Positions 27,078 through 41,292 of a stretch of 64,000 bases of DNA are shown piece by piece. Source of the DNA: Sphagnum compactum (lineage: Eukaryota). The DNA is taken from contig OZ234493.1 of the NCBI GenBank assembly GCA_965153455.1, positions 25,410,213 through 25,474,212 of the forward strand. The letters run 5' to 3'. Within the stretch, counting starts at the first letter, position 1. Each line of letters begins with the position of its first letter. A model generated the notes under the pieces. That model ran no database searches and was not told where the DNA came from. It saw only the letters and a program-made list of their open reading frames with translations. The translations under genes and the position numbers were made by a program.

Positions 27078-27795
27078 ACCATTAACTTTAAGTCATTAAG
27101 TTTAGCCATTATATTTAGCCATTAACTTTAAATCATTAGGTTTAGCCAAAGTCACTAGGTTTAAGCATTACTTTAAGTCATGTAGGTTTAACCATTATGT
27201 TTAATTATTATTTTAAGTCACTAAATTTAACCATTATGTTTAACTATTATGTTTAGCCATTATTTTAAGTCACTAGGTTTAACCATTTATGTTTAGCCAT
27301 TACTTTAAGTCATTAAGTTTAACCATTATTTTAAGTCACTAGGTTTAACCATTATGTTTAGCCATTACTAAAGTCATTAGGTTTAACTATTATTTTAAAT
27401 CACTAGGTTTAACCATTTATGTTTAGCCATTATTTTAAGTCATTAGGTTTAGCCATTATTTTAAGTCACTAGGTTTAACCATTATGTTTAGCCGTTACTT
27501 TAAGTCATTAGGTTTAGCCATTAACTTTAATCCATTAGGTTTAGCCATTATGTTTAACCATTAACTTTAAGCCATTAGGTTTAACCATTAACTTTAAATC
27601 ATTATGTTTAGCCAAAATCATTAGGTTTAACCATTACTTTAAGTCTGTAAGTTTAGCCACTAAGTTTAACCATTATTTTAAGTAGTAAGTTTAGCCATTA
27701 TTTTAAATCACTAAATTTAGCCATTATTTTAAATCATTAAGTTTAGACATTAAGTTTAGCCATTAGTTATCACCTAGGTTTTGCCATTATGTTTA
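27078..27795. repeat. AT-rich tandem array (minisatellite) of 13-14 bp subunits
   Basis: Alternating ttaagtcactagg / tttagccattat(g) units over about 720 bp. Confidence 0.9.
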
Positions 27796-29839
27796 ATGAC
27801 ATGAAACAAACATATGAAATAAAAAAGTTGATACAAGTTGAACACCTTTAATGGTGTAGTCCATTAATAAGGACTTGGTTTATCATAGTAAAGGTTTAAG
27901 GTTCAATTCCTTATACTTACAACCTATGTGCATGCTTAGAGGGCTAGGGTAGGTAGGTTAGATTAAAGTAGCTTGGTGAAGTTAGGTTAGGTTAAGTTGG
28001 CTAGGTTAAGCTAGGCTAGCACCTACTTATCTAATGTCTTTTTTCAACCTATTTAGACCTATTTACTACCTACATATCTACCTATTAATTTTTTAAATAA
28101 TAATTTAAAAATGATTTTAATTTAAGTACAAAATTGACCTAGTCAAATGGTCCACTATCAAATAGTTAATCATTTTGTCAGTCACTTTTGGATCCTTTTT
28201 GACCAATTTTTTTAGTAAAAAAGACCATGATTTGTAGTAATGCTATAAGATATGCTTCTTGGACTTGGCAAAATCTACATTATGTCAATCAATGTTGTGC
28301 TTTGGTTTGTTTTAGTCTAGTATTTATTGATTAAACTTTGATTTATGTTGATGGATTTGATTTGTTTATAATGAGAATGTCAACTTGGAAGGCTTGGAAG
28401 GCATATTGGAGGTGAAAAACCTACTAATTACAAATGTTTGTGTTGATTTTTTGATTTAATGGATATGTTTTTTTCTAATGGCATTATATTGTTCTGTGTG
28501 ACTATTCCAAATCACCCACATTTGCTTTCCATTAGAAGATTAGGATGGTTGTAATGTGATCATATCAAAGTTTAAAGGTAGGCCTTTGATGTTCTATTTT
28601 TACCTTATAGATGAAAGTTGAGGTTCCATAACACAAGTGTAATATCTAACATTATCCAAAGTCATCATTTCTTGGGCTTGTAGGGTTCATGAACATCATC
28701 TTATACATCTCTCTTTTATATGTATTGTGCACATCTTCAAGTGTGATGTTTTACAATAATATTACCAAGAATTGATGAGGTACTATTACATTTTCATTTA
28801 CCTGGATGTTTGAATTCACTTCCTTTGTCTTCTTATAAACTTGAGTTTCATTTCAACTACTGGATGTGATTGTTTACATGCAACTATGGTTACCTCTTGT
28901 GGAACCAAACAAAAAATGCAAACATTTTCATTTCATGATTTTTATGAATAGTTTAAAAAAATTAAACTATTAGTGTAAATGGTGATATTTTTGAATCTCA
29001 TAAAATATTTAGTGTAATTTCTTGGTGCCATTTGAGCATATTTACAAAGTTCATGCAATTTATGTGCATATTTTGTTTGTTGGTTACTTTGATAAAAAAA
29101 AACGATGCAAAATTACTTTAAAAGTTTTTCTTGGTTATTGTTTAAACAAAAATAATGGTACAAGTGTGGGTAGGGTGTAGGGTTTTTGTTGTGCAATGGC
29201 TGAATGAAAGCAAGGAAAGTTCCACTTTGTTAATATTATTGAATGTGTGGGCAAAATTGATTCCAACTTCTTCGATTTGACAACATCAAATATTGATGGC
29301 AATAGTTCAAATGTAAAATCAGTTAATAATGTGACAACTAGTAATGTGACAACAATAGAATTTGTATAACTTGTAGCTATAAAAATTCAAGTTACATTAT
29401 AGAAACCTCATAATTATTCATCCATTTGTTGAGGTTTTTTTGTTATTAATGACAATTGTTAAGGACACAAAAAACCATGAAAATAAAGGTTAAAAGAAAT
29501 GTCTAAGTCTAACTTCCAAACAAGGAACAAGACAAAATTATGTGATTCTTAAACAAAAACACAATAACTAAGAACAAGAACATGAAATGTGTAAAACAAA
29601 CGTGAAAACGAATTTTTATTTTGCTAACATATGTAAACATGAAACATGAAAACAACATGACAAGGCTATGGTGCAAGATCATGCTTAAGACTAATGTTGA
29701 AGAAATTGAAAGAAATGAAGGGTCTTACTCCTATTTATACCCCTTTGGGGACCTAGTTCAAGGAAGCTTCCAAGGAGGTTTCTATGTGTGCATCAAGTAA
29801 GGAAGCTTCTTGAGAACCTTCCTCATTAGGAACCGATTA

Positions 29840-30075
29840 TGAATTAATTAAAATTTACTTAAAATTTAATTTGAATTTAACTAAAAGTCTAAAAGTTAGC
29901 CAAACGTAATTATGACTTAACTAAGAATTAATTAAAACTTAACTAAAATTTAACTATGAGTTAAATAGAACTTAACTGTGATTTAACTACGAGTTAATTA
30001 AAAGTTCACTAGGAATTAATTAAGACTTAATTGGGACTTAGCTGAAAATGAATTAAAACTTAACTAAGAGTTATG
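29840..30075. repeat. Degenerate ~11 bp AT-rich tandem repeat
   Basis: Recurrent ttaattaaaac / ttaactaagaa words. Confidence 0.65.
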
Positions 30076-30499
30076 GATGAACATTATGAATTCCATCTAT
30101 TGAAAGATGGTGTCTAATGTTCGCATTTGTCACAATAACCTCTTTATTCACATTGTGAACCCACATATGTTGATATGTATCTATTTACAAGTCTAAACAA
30201 ATGAAAATTTTTGATTGTGCATAGGTTTAGTTAGGTCACATTTGATAAAAATAAGAAGGTTGGAGTTACTAACAGTGTAATCAAAGATTTTTTTGGGATC
30301 TCAAATCTTTATAAACATTGTGATGAATCACAACATAAATTTCTTGGTGTTGTATATTTATAAGGGCTATAAGGTTTTTTCCACGTGTGAGAACATATTA
30401 GTTATGAAGGTTAGTTGTACACTAGTGCCTTCATGTTTTGTTTCCATCATGTTCACAACTTATGGAAAAAGTGTTTTTTGTTATGGTCACCAAGTGTAT

Positions 30500-32020
30500 G
30501 GAAATGCATGTTTTTCCAAAATTTACAAGTGCAAGAGGTGGTGGATGACACATTCATTTTGGTTATCAATCATCTCATTGAAATTTGGGAGCATATGCAT
30601 GTTATTATTGAGTTATTGAAGGTAAATGAAACAATTAGCCTTTGCATGGCACAACAATCGCAATCATTGGTTGAGAAATTTTGTTTAATTCATTGAATTT
30701 TTGCTTTTGTAAAAGATGAAGATTACAACTTGGCTTCCATGGTTGTAACATTGTTGATCATGAGTTGATGAACATTTCACGAGTTTATGAAGGTACTTGT
30801 TTTGACCATGTTTAAAGCATGTTAATATGCTATGAACGATGACAAAATTTCTATGGATTTGAGGTAAGTGAATATGAAAGATGCCCTAATAGGTTTACGA
30901 AAAATAATTATTTAAACAAAAAAATCCAGGATGGGGAGGTAATAATGGGAAAAAACATGTTTTGAAAGTGGGTTACCACCTTGGAAACTAAAGACACATG
31001 TCAAAAGGTTTGCAAGCAAAGTCATTATGTTTAAAATATGTTTTGAGTTCAAAAAAATCATCCTTCTATGTTATGGCAAGTAAAAAACAATGACATTGTA
31101 AGAATGAATTCCTAAGGCCCAAGTCTAGGTTGTTGTAAAGGCAATTACTTCATGCAATCCAGATGGCACTTGCTTTTGCTAGATGCTTTGAACTATTAAC
31201 ATTTCACTCAATATGGAAACTAAGGTAGTTGGACTTAATGATGGGTTTGAAATTCTTGGCAAATTTGATTTGGAGCTTTTCATCTTGTTAAATAACATGT
31301 GGTGGGAAGTCATTAAGGTGATGTTATTAAATAACACGTGGGGGGAAGTCATTAAGGTGATTAGACCTTTCCTTTAAAAAAAAAACAAATTGACCCACAA
31401 AATGGTCATAACATGCTTGTCATCATGTCAAATCCCCATTTCAAATATCTATGGGTTGTGGAGAATTACATGGGGTTTTGGGAAGCAATTTGTCTTGCTT
31501 CTAAATATATGCAAAAGTAGTGATCCCATTCCTTATGATTTGCTTTGATCAACTCAATCTTATTTCCCAAGCATGTGGAACAATTGCTAATGCATCTAAT
31601 TCATAGTTTGAAAAAAATATGTTTGGTCTCAGAGCATGTATAGAGGAGTCCTCTTGTGCTTTTGTTATTAGATTATTTTTTAAAATTTTGGAGGTTACCT
31701 ATCCTCCCATTTGCATGTGTAAATCCTCTTTCTTGGTGGCAGTCCCATGAAAATCAGTTTCAAAATGTTGGTTTTTTGGTCATACAAATCCTTGAAATTC
31801 TAGGGTCTCAAATCAAGACTTAATGTGGTTTTAACCTTGTTGGTGTGTTGATAGCCTTTGTAGCATTATTGCTTCCAAGTGGAGAATCTAGACCAGATAA
31901 TTACACATTTATTGTTGCTCTTGAAGATTATATGAAAACAAAATATTCTCTAGTTGAAGAGAATTATGATTTGATTAAAGAAGTTGGTTTTTTTGAACAA
32001 TTACAAGTTGATGTAGATTA
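30500..32020 (+). mobile_element. Second, more decayed hAT transposase
   Basis: KVNETISLCMAQQSQSLVEKF..FAFVKDED, and the dimerisation motif NPLSWWQSHENQFQNVGFLVIQILEILGSQIKT (~31722-31820). Colinear with the relic at 1640-3549; many lesions. Confidence 0.8.
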
Positions 32021-32882
32021 GGTAAGTCACGTAACTAACCATGTTTACAATTTTTTGTTTTTTCCTTTCTTGCCAATACTTTTAAATTCCAAGTTGTTTT
32101 TTATTTTGTTTACATCACTGCAATTGATTTCAATTATTGTGATGTTATGAGACTTATAGTTTATGTATATATTGACTTATGGACCTCACACCTCATTGAC
32201 AACACGTATGTTGTTGAGTAAGCCGCGCTAAGTTTTTTATATTTTTTTTGGGCTTTTAGATTTTGGTTGTTGGGGTTGGTTGTTGGGTGTTTTTTTTCCC
32301 CAGAAATTAGTTTCACTTGCTTTTGCAATTGTGTTGCAATGGCTAGAGTTCTTGTTTCAAGAATTGGGGTTCAATTCCCCACACAAGCTACTTGACTTTG
32401 TAGGATGTTCATGTTTTTTTATTGCATTTATGAATTACTATGGAATTAAAAAAAATGATAGACAACTCAAATTTGAAATTTGGCAATGCATATATATATG
32501 CTCTATACATATCCATAGTTTATTAACATTAAAAAATTGCCTCATTCATAACTGACAAAAGAGAAAAAAAAAAGGAAAAAAAAGGGTTAAATACATAACC
32601 ATCTTTACAACTAAATTTCCTTGAATAAGAATTAAAAAAAGACATATCTATGTTTTAATTTTTAAAATTGCTATATATGTTGATCTCCGGAGGTTGGTCC
32701 TAAAAGTAGATAACCGGACAACACTGGGTTCCTACCACCTACCTACCAAGTGAATCCACAACAAGAAGACCCAACCAACCAACCAAACAACCAACCAATT
32801 CTGATACCCAAGTGAGGAGAGTTGTGGGTTGTTGGGTTCCTCCATTCTCTTGACAGTTGAGAAGTTGGGTTGCTAGGCTATC

Positions 32883-35800
32883 ATGAACATGGCTGTTGCT
32901 TTGCATCCACGAGCTTCCTCATCACTCTTCCCTTCCATTTCTCCTCTCCACTATCACCATCCCACCATCTCTTTGCCTCCCCCTGCTGCTGCAGCTGCTG
33001 CTTCTTCTTCTTCTGCTGCTTTCCTCCATTCTTCTTCTTCTTCTTTTTATTCTTCTTGTTGTTGTTTTTCTTCTTCGTCTTGTTGTTGTCGTGACGGATT
33101 TCGGCAGCAGTTTAGGGTTCACGCCTCAGCCAGTATTAGTGGTCGTAGTAGTAGTAGTAGTAGTAGTAGTAGCAGCGCTGGGCGTGTTGTCGTTGCAGCA
33201 TCCGCGACTTGTTTTTGCAGGTGTTTGTGGGGAAGGCCTCTTCCTAGGGGTTTGGTCGTCGGTGGATTGAGCAATTTTGCGCTTGATGCTGCGGTAAAGC
33301 CAATTTTGTATGAGAATGGAGAGGAGGTGCAGCAGCCGCAGCAGCCTCCGACTATTGTCTCGGCTCCCGATCGAAGAATTGTCGCCAGTAAGTGTTGTTG
33401 TTTGTAAACACATCTGTCTGTCTGTCTGTCTGTGTTTCAAACTTCTTCTTTGTAAATTTGTTTAATAAATAATTGTATTGGGTTGGATGTTCTAAGGGGG
33501 AGTACATGTGTGAGTGTATGTGTGAGAGAAGAACAGGAAGCAACGGCTTGCATGTGTGTGTGTGTGTGGAAAGCCATAGTGGGTGATGAAAGATTGAGGG
33601 TTTTAGGGGAATGAATGATGCAGTTGGTGATTTACACGGGGATTTTGAGAGAACGCTTTGGGCTCTACAATTAGCTGGAGTCCTGAGCAAAGATGGACTG
33701 TATCGCTGGATTGGTGGAACCACGGTAACAAACAAATAAACTGGCTGGTCAAAAGCTTTTTCCAGTTCAACAAAGCTGAAGAAGCAAAGATTAGGGTTGT
33801 GGAGCAGTCCAAATTCACCAACTACTTCTGCTGCTGCTGCTGCTGCATTGATCTCATAGACCCTAATGACTTGTGCTGCTGCATTGAGCTCAAACCCATT
33901 GCTGGCTGGCAGTGTCTACGTTGATTTGAAACATTGCTGCTGGTGAGGGTGCAGGTATTGGTGCAAGTAGGTGATGTACTTGATAGAGGGGAGGATGAGA
34001 TTGCAATATTATCACTGCTGGCATGGTTGGGCAAGCAAGCACGTAGCAATGGCGGCAGTGTCTTTCAGGTTCAGTCTTTTTACCGTCTCTGTTGCTCTGT
34101 TTCTGGGACATCAGACCACATCAGTATAGCATATACATGAACAGAATCTCTGGGCTCTTGTTTGTCTGCAGAGCACCAACAGGAAAGAATTGGTTTACAG
34201 GAAAAGAATTATCTGAAAGGCTACAGGTCTCAATTGGAGCTTGCCAACATTCACAAAGAAATGAACCACTGATGTGCAATTCAATTCATTAAGTTCTGGT
34301 CATTTGAGTAATTCTGAGAAAGATAAAAAAGTGCAGCCAAATTGTGATGAGGTTTGATGGAAACTTTTTGTTTTGTGTCTGCATCTACATGTTTCATTTG
34401 GGGGTGCCCAGATCAATGGAAACCATGAAACCATGAATGTAGCTGGTGATTTCCGCAATGTTACACCAGGTGGATTCAAAGAAGCTGAAGCATTTGCAGA
34501 TTGTTGTGAGGAGGATTATGGTGGAAACTGGGAGGCAGCATTTGGTGAGTGGTATGCAACCTCACAAGAAAAGAAGGCTGATCAAGGATTCAGCTTTGGC
34601 AATTGGCTCCCTATCTTCAATTATCTTAGGGTACTCCCGTCTTGTTCATCTGTCTCAATGTACTCACTCTTCTTTTCCTGTTCTTTCATTTTTCAGCATT
34701 GCTTTCACAAAAGGCACTATAGAGCTGATCCCTGCATCAGTGTAGAGCATGGTTCCTTCATTCTTTCATACACCTCTGCCTATGAAGAATGTTTTTGGGA
34801 CCAATTTCCTGCCTCTGGTATGGTCATAAGACACAGAATTTTGTGGCATCTCATATGTTCTACAAACAGCTAAAATTGAGCAATCAAACTTCACTCCAAG
34901 GCAATTATCTATAATCCATACTGGCAACAAAACCAGTACCTGTATACAATAATCTCATTTACTTAGCTAAACTCATCACGAGCAGAATGAGAGCCATGTC
35001 AAGGGATGTTCAATTGAACGGTAGAGTTGGACTGTGGGAGGTTTGTGACAGCTGCAGAAGGGAATAGCTGCCAGGTCATTGCTCTTCGAGGCAGGAGGGC
35101 CAATGGCAAAGCAGCTGGCTCGTCATGGGGTGGCACTTAAGGTGAATGACTGGCTGTTTGCCCATGGAGGGATCATGCCTCACCATGGTGAGATCATTTA
35201 CCTGGGTCCCTCTGACATCCATTTCCCTTCAATTATACTGAGGGATCCTGGGTGTTCACTCCTGGAGTTTGTTAGCTCATTCATAACTGCACTTGAACAG
35301 CATGAAAAGAGAAAAATGGAGAAGTGAGTAGACTAAACAACGGAGTTTTGAAATTCTGTGCTTGAAGGATTAGTTAATGTGCACCTTCTTTTGGGGCTTG
35401 TTTTCTTGTTCATTGTTCCTGTGCATGTGAAAGTTGTGCCTCCTTAACATAGTTGAATAGTGCACACACACTGGCACTTAACCTGTGGGTAGGTCTGTTT
35501 GCTTCTTCTTGTGAAAGTGGAGTATGGATTGGAGAGGATGAACCGTGAAGTAAGCCTCTGGATGAAGAATGCTAACAATCGCTGGGGCCAGCCTGCCCAA
35601 ATTCCCTTCTTTGCTATCAAAGGGTATGACAGTGTAGTCTGGAGTAGGCTTTACTCACATGAAAGATATGAGAGTCCTGAGGAAAAGATTCAGGTTACTC
35701 ACTTTCACCTCTGGCAACCTGTTCTGTATAGCATGTCCAATTGTTCAAACTTTCTTTTCGTGATATGCTTTGCATTGAATTTTGAATTGCTCAATTTCCT

Positions 35801-37189
35801 GTTGGCACCCCTTTGTATCACTATGTGGTCTTTAGGAAATGCCAGTCTTTGACATTTAATGACTTGGTGGACTGGGGGAAGGATGTACTGCAGCCCTGTG
35901 CAATATTGTCAGCAGCATTGGTGGCTGCAAAGGCCCGGGGCCTTGTGGTGGGCCACACCCCTCAAACAATCGGTGCTAACTGGTAAGCTGTGCCTCTCGT
36001 GGACCTTATTTCTTTGGAGCTGAAACTAAACCATTGAGCAGGAATTGTAGTCTTGAAGTGTGTGAATGAAAATGGTTTTGATCAAATGGAATCATTTACT
36101 GGTAGTCAGTGCCGCTTTGCCTAATGTGGCCTCTTTGTCTGAGGATGTGGGCGAAAGAGAAGTGGCCAATAAGGGTCTGATGTGATGTGGTCTGCAGCAA
36201 GTGTGATGGACGAGTTTGGCGAATAGATGTGGGCATGTCTAGTGGAGTTTTGCATGCTTTGCCTGAGGTGTGGTCTTCTAACCCCTATCCTCAAATCTGT
36301 TAACTGAAGATGAATGTGTTGTCACAGACACTATATCTCTTTCCCCCAGAAGGTACACATTGTTTCTCTTGTTTCTTATTTCTTGTGGTTTAGTCTCTTT
36401 CCTTCACATCTTTGTGTAACTGGCTTCCATTTCCAAATAAGTGGATAGGACATCTATCCTCGAGTTTCTCTTGTCTCTTGTGGTTTAGTTTCTCTTTCCT
36501 TCAAGTGTTTGTATAATTGGCTTTCATTTCCAAATAAACAGATAAGACAGGCCCAAACAGGTGCCTGTCTCTGCTATTTCTCTTAAGCTGTAGCCAACAT
36601 CATGATTATATCTCCCTGTTGGTTCTGGAAATGCGACAGAGACCCAGGACACAGATCTTATATAATGGTTTGCCCAAAATTTTGGGTGGATTGTTATATA
36701 CTTTTCTACATCCATTGCTGGGAGCTAATGAAGTCACTAGGTAGGTAGTCATGGCAGTTCATCACTTTCATTCATGATGAAGACATGGTTTGACATTTTG
36801 TGAGGCACTCGCATAAGGTTATGACTGTGCTCATTATTGCATTACCATCAACCTATTGAAGTGGAGCTTCTTTGCGATTGCAACCTATGACCTATCTCAT
36901 ACATACCCCACTCTGAAAAACTCATTTTTTCCACTGCTTATCTTGAAATTGAACACATCTTTCACTCCCCACCTGTTTGTTGCTAATGGGATACATCCAG
37001 TAAACCCCTCAGCATGGGAAACATCATCTCCTTTACTTATGGATTGATCAAGTGAATGTGGGATTGTCACAACAGGTTCTAGAAATCACAGACACCAAAG
37101 TGAGGGTTCTGAGAATGGCCGAAGAGTTTCTCCGGGAAGATGATGCCACAGTAGATGGATGGCATAACAGCCTAGATCAGCAGAAGTAG
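32883..37189 (+). CDS. SLP1: Shewanella-like protein phosphatase 1 (PPP-family metallophosphoesterase) with a plastid transit-peptide-like N-terminus, 9 exons
   Basis: Exons 32883-33387, 33624-33724, 33955-34068, 34412-34630, 35052-35187, 35518-35693, 35894-35982, 36198-36267, 37076-37189. Motifs GDLHG, GDVLDRG, GNHE, HGG, GHTPQ and RIDVGMS, with a Ser/Ala-rich N-terminus. The start could instead be the ATG at 32889. Confidence 0.93.
36362..36549. repeat. ~100 bp imperfect tandem duplication in SLP1 intron 8
   Basis: gtttctcttg..tcttgtggtttag..tctctttccttca..tggctt.catttccaaataa..gata.gaca occurs twice. Confidence 0.75.
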
Positions 37190-37880
37190 TTTGACAATTA
37201 AAACTTCATAGTTATTACCTCTTAGATTTCATGCTGGTCGAGAAATGCTATAGATGTGGTAGTAGTTTGCTTGCATGGAGGCTGACTTCATTCGCCTTGA
37301 GGCTTGATCTGAGTTGTGGCCACCTACGATTTGTGTGGCAGCATTTCAGTAATGATTTTGATTTGATGCCCGTGATTAAAGTCTAGGTTGTACAAATAAT
37401 TCTTCTCCTCATCCAAATGTATGGATTCTGTTTTGTTTGGGTTTTGTCTCCATGATGATGATGATGATGATGGAGAGAGAGAGGGGAGAAGGAAGGGAAG
37501 TGGGGAGTAGTTGATGTTTCATTAGGGGGATTAAGATGATGATGATGGTGACCTCCTCCTCCCTCCTGGGAAAAGCTTTGATTTGATGAAGACACAGTAA
37601 ACACATGTGGAGAGCAGAAATGGGTTATGGTTGGAATTTGAAAAACAGAGGAGCAAGAAAGAGTGAAGCACTAGGTGGTTGGTGGGTGTTGGAGCAGAAT
37701 CTGGAGTGAGTTTGTTTTTCACAAGGACCAAATGCTGCTTTGAAGGTGGTGGTGTGATGGAGAAGGGTTCAAGAACTAACTATCTAGAGTTTGAAGAAAT
37801 TTGGGAAAGACATGGAAGTGAAGAGAGTGGTGAAAGGTGGGCAAGTTTTGGATGAATCAAGTACTTCAAGCCTTTGAAAG

Positions 37881-40170
37881 ATGTTCAAATCGCTGAAGAA
37901 GAAGCCGGAGAAAGTGAAGCAAGTGATAGAGTTCAAGCTCAAATTCCATGCAACAACGGTATGTATGTATGTATATATGTATGTATGCATGTATGCCCGT
38001 CAGTTTTTCTTTGAGCTTCTCTTCTTTGGTGGTTTTTTTGGGTTCAGATTGTTCACCCTAGAATGTCTGCCTCAAACTCATTGCAAAAGAATCAGTCAAA
38101 TCTAATCATCGTGGGCCAAACCATGGGTTATCTATGGTTTCAAAAGAGTTAGCACATGTATTGGAAGATCTAAAGTTTGCAAGTGGACATGCCCAAAAAC
38201 TTAAATAAAAAATCATGTATGCTTTGGAGGATATCCTGGGGATGATCTTCTGAGTCTCACAACCGATAGTCGTTCATCAGCTATTGTTTCATCAACTGTT
38301 ATGTTGTGACTGAGAGGGTGGACTTTTGGGTCTTGTTGTTTTGCTAGGTGCTGTAGCAAGGTTGGGAGAAGCTGGTGATATCTGTGGTGTCTTTGGAGAC
38401 TCAGAAGGCTGTTGCCAAGACAGCATGAGTGGTGGTGAAGAATGGCAATTGTCAATGGCACGATCTGATCATGGAATCAATGTGTCTGCAGTTGAATCAG
38501 ACGACCAATAAATACAAAGAAAAATTCTACAAGCTTTTTTTTTCTTTGGTATTCTTCTTTCTTCTTTCTTCATCTTCTTCTGTCATAGTGAACTCTCAAA
38601 ACAAAAACACCTCAAGCTGCCCCCTGCATCTGCAAACTTCTGTTTTGAAGCATCGGTCAAATGTTGGGTTTCATATGATAATTCTCTCTCTGTTGGTGCA
38701 AGCACGGTTCATCACAGGCCTGGATGCTTGGTGAAAGGATCATCAACCTTGGAGAGTTTGCTGATTTCAATCATCCTACACACAGAGCTTTGCCCTTGTA
38801 GAATTGCAAATCCAGCACTGTGCTTCATGTAAAGAAAGACTCCTGCACTTTTTGTCAATTGAAAACTGGGAATGGGTGCTGCAGGATTTTGTGATTTACA
38901 TGTGTGTGAATTATATCATACATTCTGTGCTGATTGTTATCATGTGTGACCATTTTGCTATTGACCCATTCTGCTCCTCAGTTTTCTCTCTGTTGTGTCA
39001 GGAGTTGCCTCTTTTTCCTATTGATTGTGTTGGGGTCTCTCTCTTTCTGTCTTTTCCCCTTCACTGATATGCATGTTGTTGGATCTGAAATCTGTATAAC
39101 ATTGTCATTGGGTCATCTCTGAACTCCGTTCGGGTTGTCTTTGACTGACTGTAAGTATGAAGAGAAATTTTCAATGCTTTACAAAGAGATGATCGGATTG
39201 TTTGTCTTTCTGTCCTGCTGTTGGAGGCAAAGAGCACTCTTTGTTCATCTGTTATCTCTGTTCAATTTATCCAATTTTTTTTGATGTTTAATGCTTGCAA
39301 TTGGATCATTGTGTCATGTCTTTACAGATCACTATTACATGATTGACAACAAGATCCAGTAAGAGGTGCCCACTCACTGCTACTCCGGCTTTGATTCATT
39401 GTTTTTTTTTTCAAAAACATTAAATAATAATAAATTTTTGTGGTGGGGGCAAATTTAATTGGTTATCGAAAGATATAAAACCTACAGAAAGTGTGCAGAC
39501 TACATAGTGTTCTCTGCAGAAGCCCCTTCTGTGTAATGCTTTGGTCCTTTTGTTCCATAGCTCTCAGTATTTAGTGTTGCAGGGTTTTAGGTCAAGTTGA
39601 TGCTTGTATTTACGGAACCCAAAGTGAAATCATGCTGTAATTGCTGCAGGGAGACGGACAGAGGTGTGCAGCTCAACAGTGAAGTTGATTCAAGTTTTGG
39701 AGAACAGGATCAAGGCTTGGAGGATGATGGCTTCAATGACTTGCACAACTCTGAGTCTGGCAGTAATGGGCAGCGTAATAAGGTCAGCTTTTTCACTGTA
39801 TTCTGCTTGTCTTGGCATCAAATGTTTTTCCTTTTGTGATAAGACCTTCTGAAACTGTGGATGGTCTTTTTCATGCTTTTCATATTGGGATGAATGAAGG
39901 AGAGTGGGACCCATTCCTGACAAAACTGTCTTGAAGAGAGATCACAGGAAAGAAATATCTCTCAGTGGACACTGCAATACAGTAGCAGGAACTTTGATTC
40001 ATCAGAGGTGCCATCAACAACTGGTGTGAGTTCACCCCATACACATTCTTCACATGGGAGCCTGCAAGGCTATCAGGGTGGAGGTGGCACTAGTGAAGAA
40101 CACAGAAGCCCCACATCTCCAAATAAACAGAAGCACAGATGAACTCTGTCATCATCAGCAGCCCCAATTG
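37881..40170 (+). pseudogene. Truncated pseudogene copy of the NT-C2 gene (exon 1 to part of exon 6)
   Basis: Inverted copy of 11904-14356 with introns retained. Exon 1 (37881-37958) is intact. Exon 2 has a TAG at 38354-38356, the exon 3 acceptor is CAG>CAC (~38706), further stops follow, and homology ends at 40170. Confidence 0.92.
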
Positions 40171-41284
40171 ATGTTTTAATCGAAGTACTCAACAACTGCA
40201 AAAGCTTGCAATTGCCAAAAACATTCAATGAACAAAAAAGACATGGGACCACACAGGGATTGAGGTTGAAACTAAAAAGAATGATGAGCTTGACAACAAG
40301 AAATATAAATGAACTCACCCATTTGTTCTGTGCTCATGTCAAGCTACAAACAGCACACAAAATGCATCTGGACTCACAGCATTTTGAACACCTTCAATTT
40401 GAGGCTTGTGTGTGGTGTTTGGAACTATGAATGTCTTCTTTGGCAAATAAATCTTCAACTTCTTATTTATGCTGTCCTCAGTCTACTGGAATACCGTATG
40501 TCTGCCATTGAAGCTCCTTTTCATTCTCACTCATATCACACTTTTGACCATCATTGCCCACGGGTTCTGGGTTCTTATCACAGAATTTCCAAAGTGCTTC
40601 AGTAAAGAGGAACTCTTCTAGAGCCTTTGGTATGAACCTGCATTAACCAGTTTGGAACAAAAGGAGGCTAACATGGCCTAGTTTATCTGTATGCAAGTTC
40701 AGCCCTAACACTGGCCTTTGTAGTTCTGAAAGCCAAATCGAGGCTTGTGACATCAAAAATGTTCACACACTCCCAGCAATTGAATATAACAGAAAAGAAT
40801 ATGGGCAACCTCAAAACAAGATTTACTGTGAATGAATAGGCAAAATATGGTGCATTCTCATTACTATAGCTCCTCTGGTTCAGCTAAAACATCTTCTTGT
40901 ATTTGGATCTGCTTGGTTAATTAGGATATTCTCTGCAAAAATTCTGTGGAAAGTTGAATACCTGACTACCTAAATTTCATTGGTGACTTGCAAGAAACAT
41001 GTCGTGATAAGTTGATTACTGATAACAAAAGGCGGAACATGAAAAGAAGAAAAATTATAATCATTTCCAACATTCCACGAAGAAAAATCAATGAATTAGG
41101 AAGGGGAAGTGGAGGAGATTCAGAGATACAAAGACAAGAGGACCGAGTCGTGAAGATTAGTTGTGAATAATGGTTGGAAGTAGTCAGACCATTGGGGCCC
41201 AGGAGCTTGTGAAACCCTTGGTTCACCCACAAGTTGCGTATATGCGACTCCTTCCTTCAAGCGTCTTGGATCTATCTCAAGCTC

Positions 41285-41292
41285 TATAAAAT
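41285..41292 (+). promoter_or_regulatory. Putative TATA box of the kinase gene
   Basis: TATAAAAT followed by a pyrimidine-rich leader; conserved in the inverted copy at ~323-330. Confidence 0.5.

Noticed and set aside
32870-33440. Several overlapping low-complexity ORFs
   Set aside because: Alternative frames of microsatellites in SLP1 exon 1
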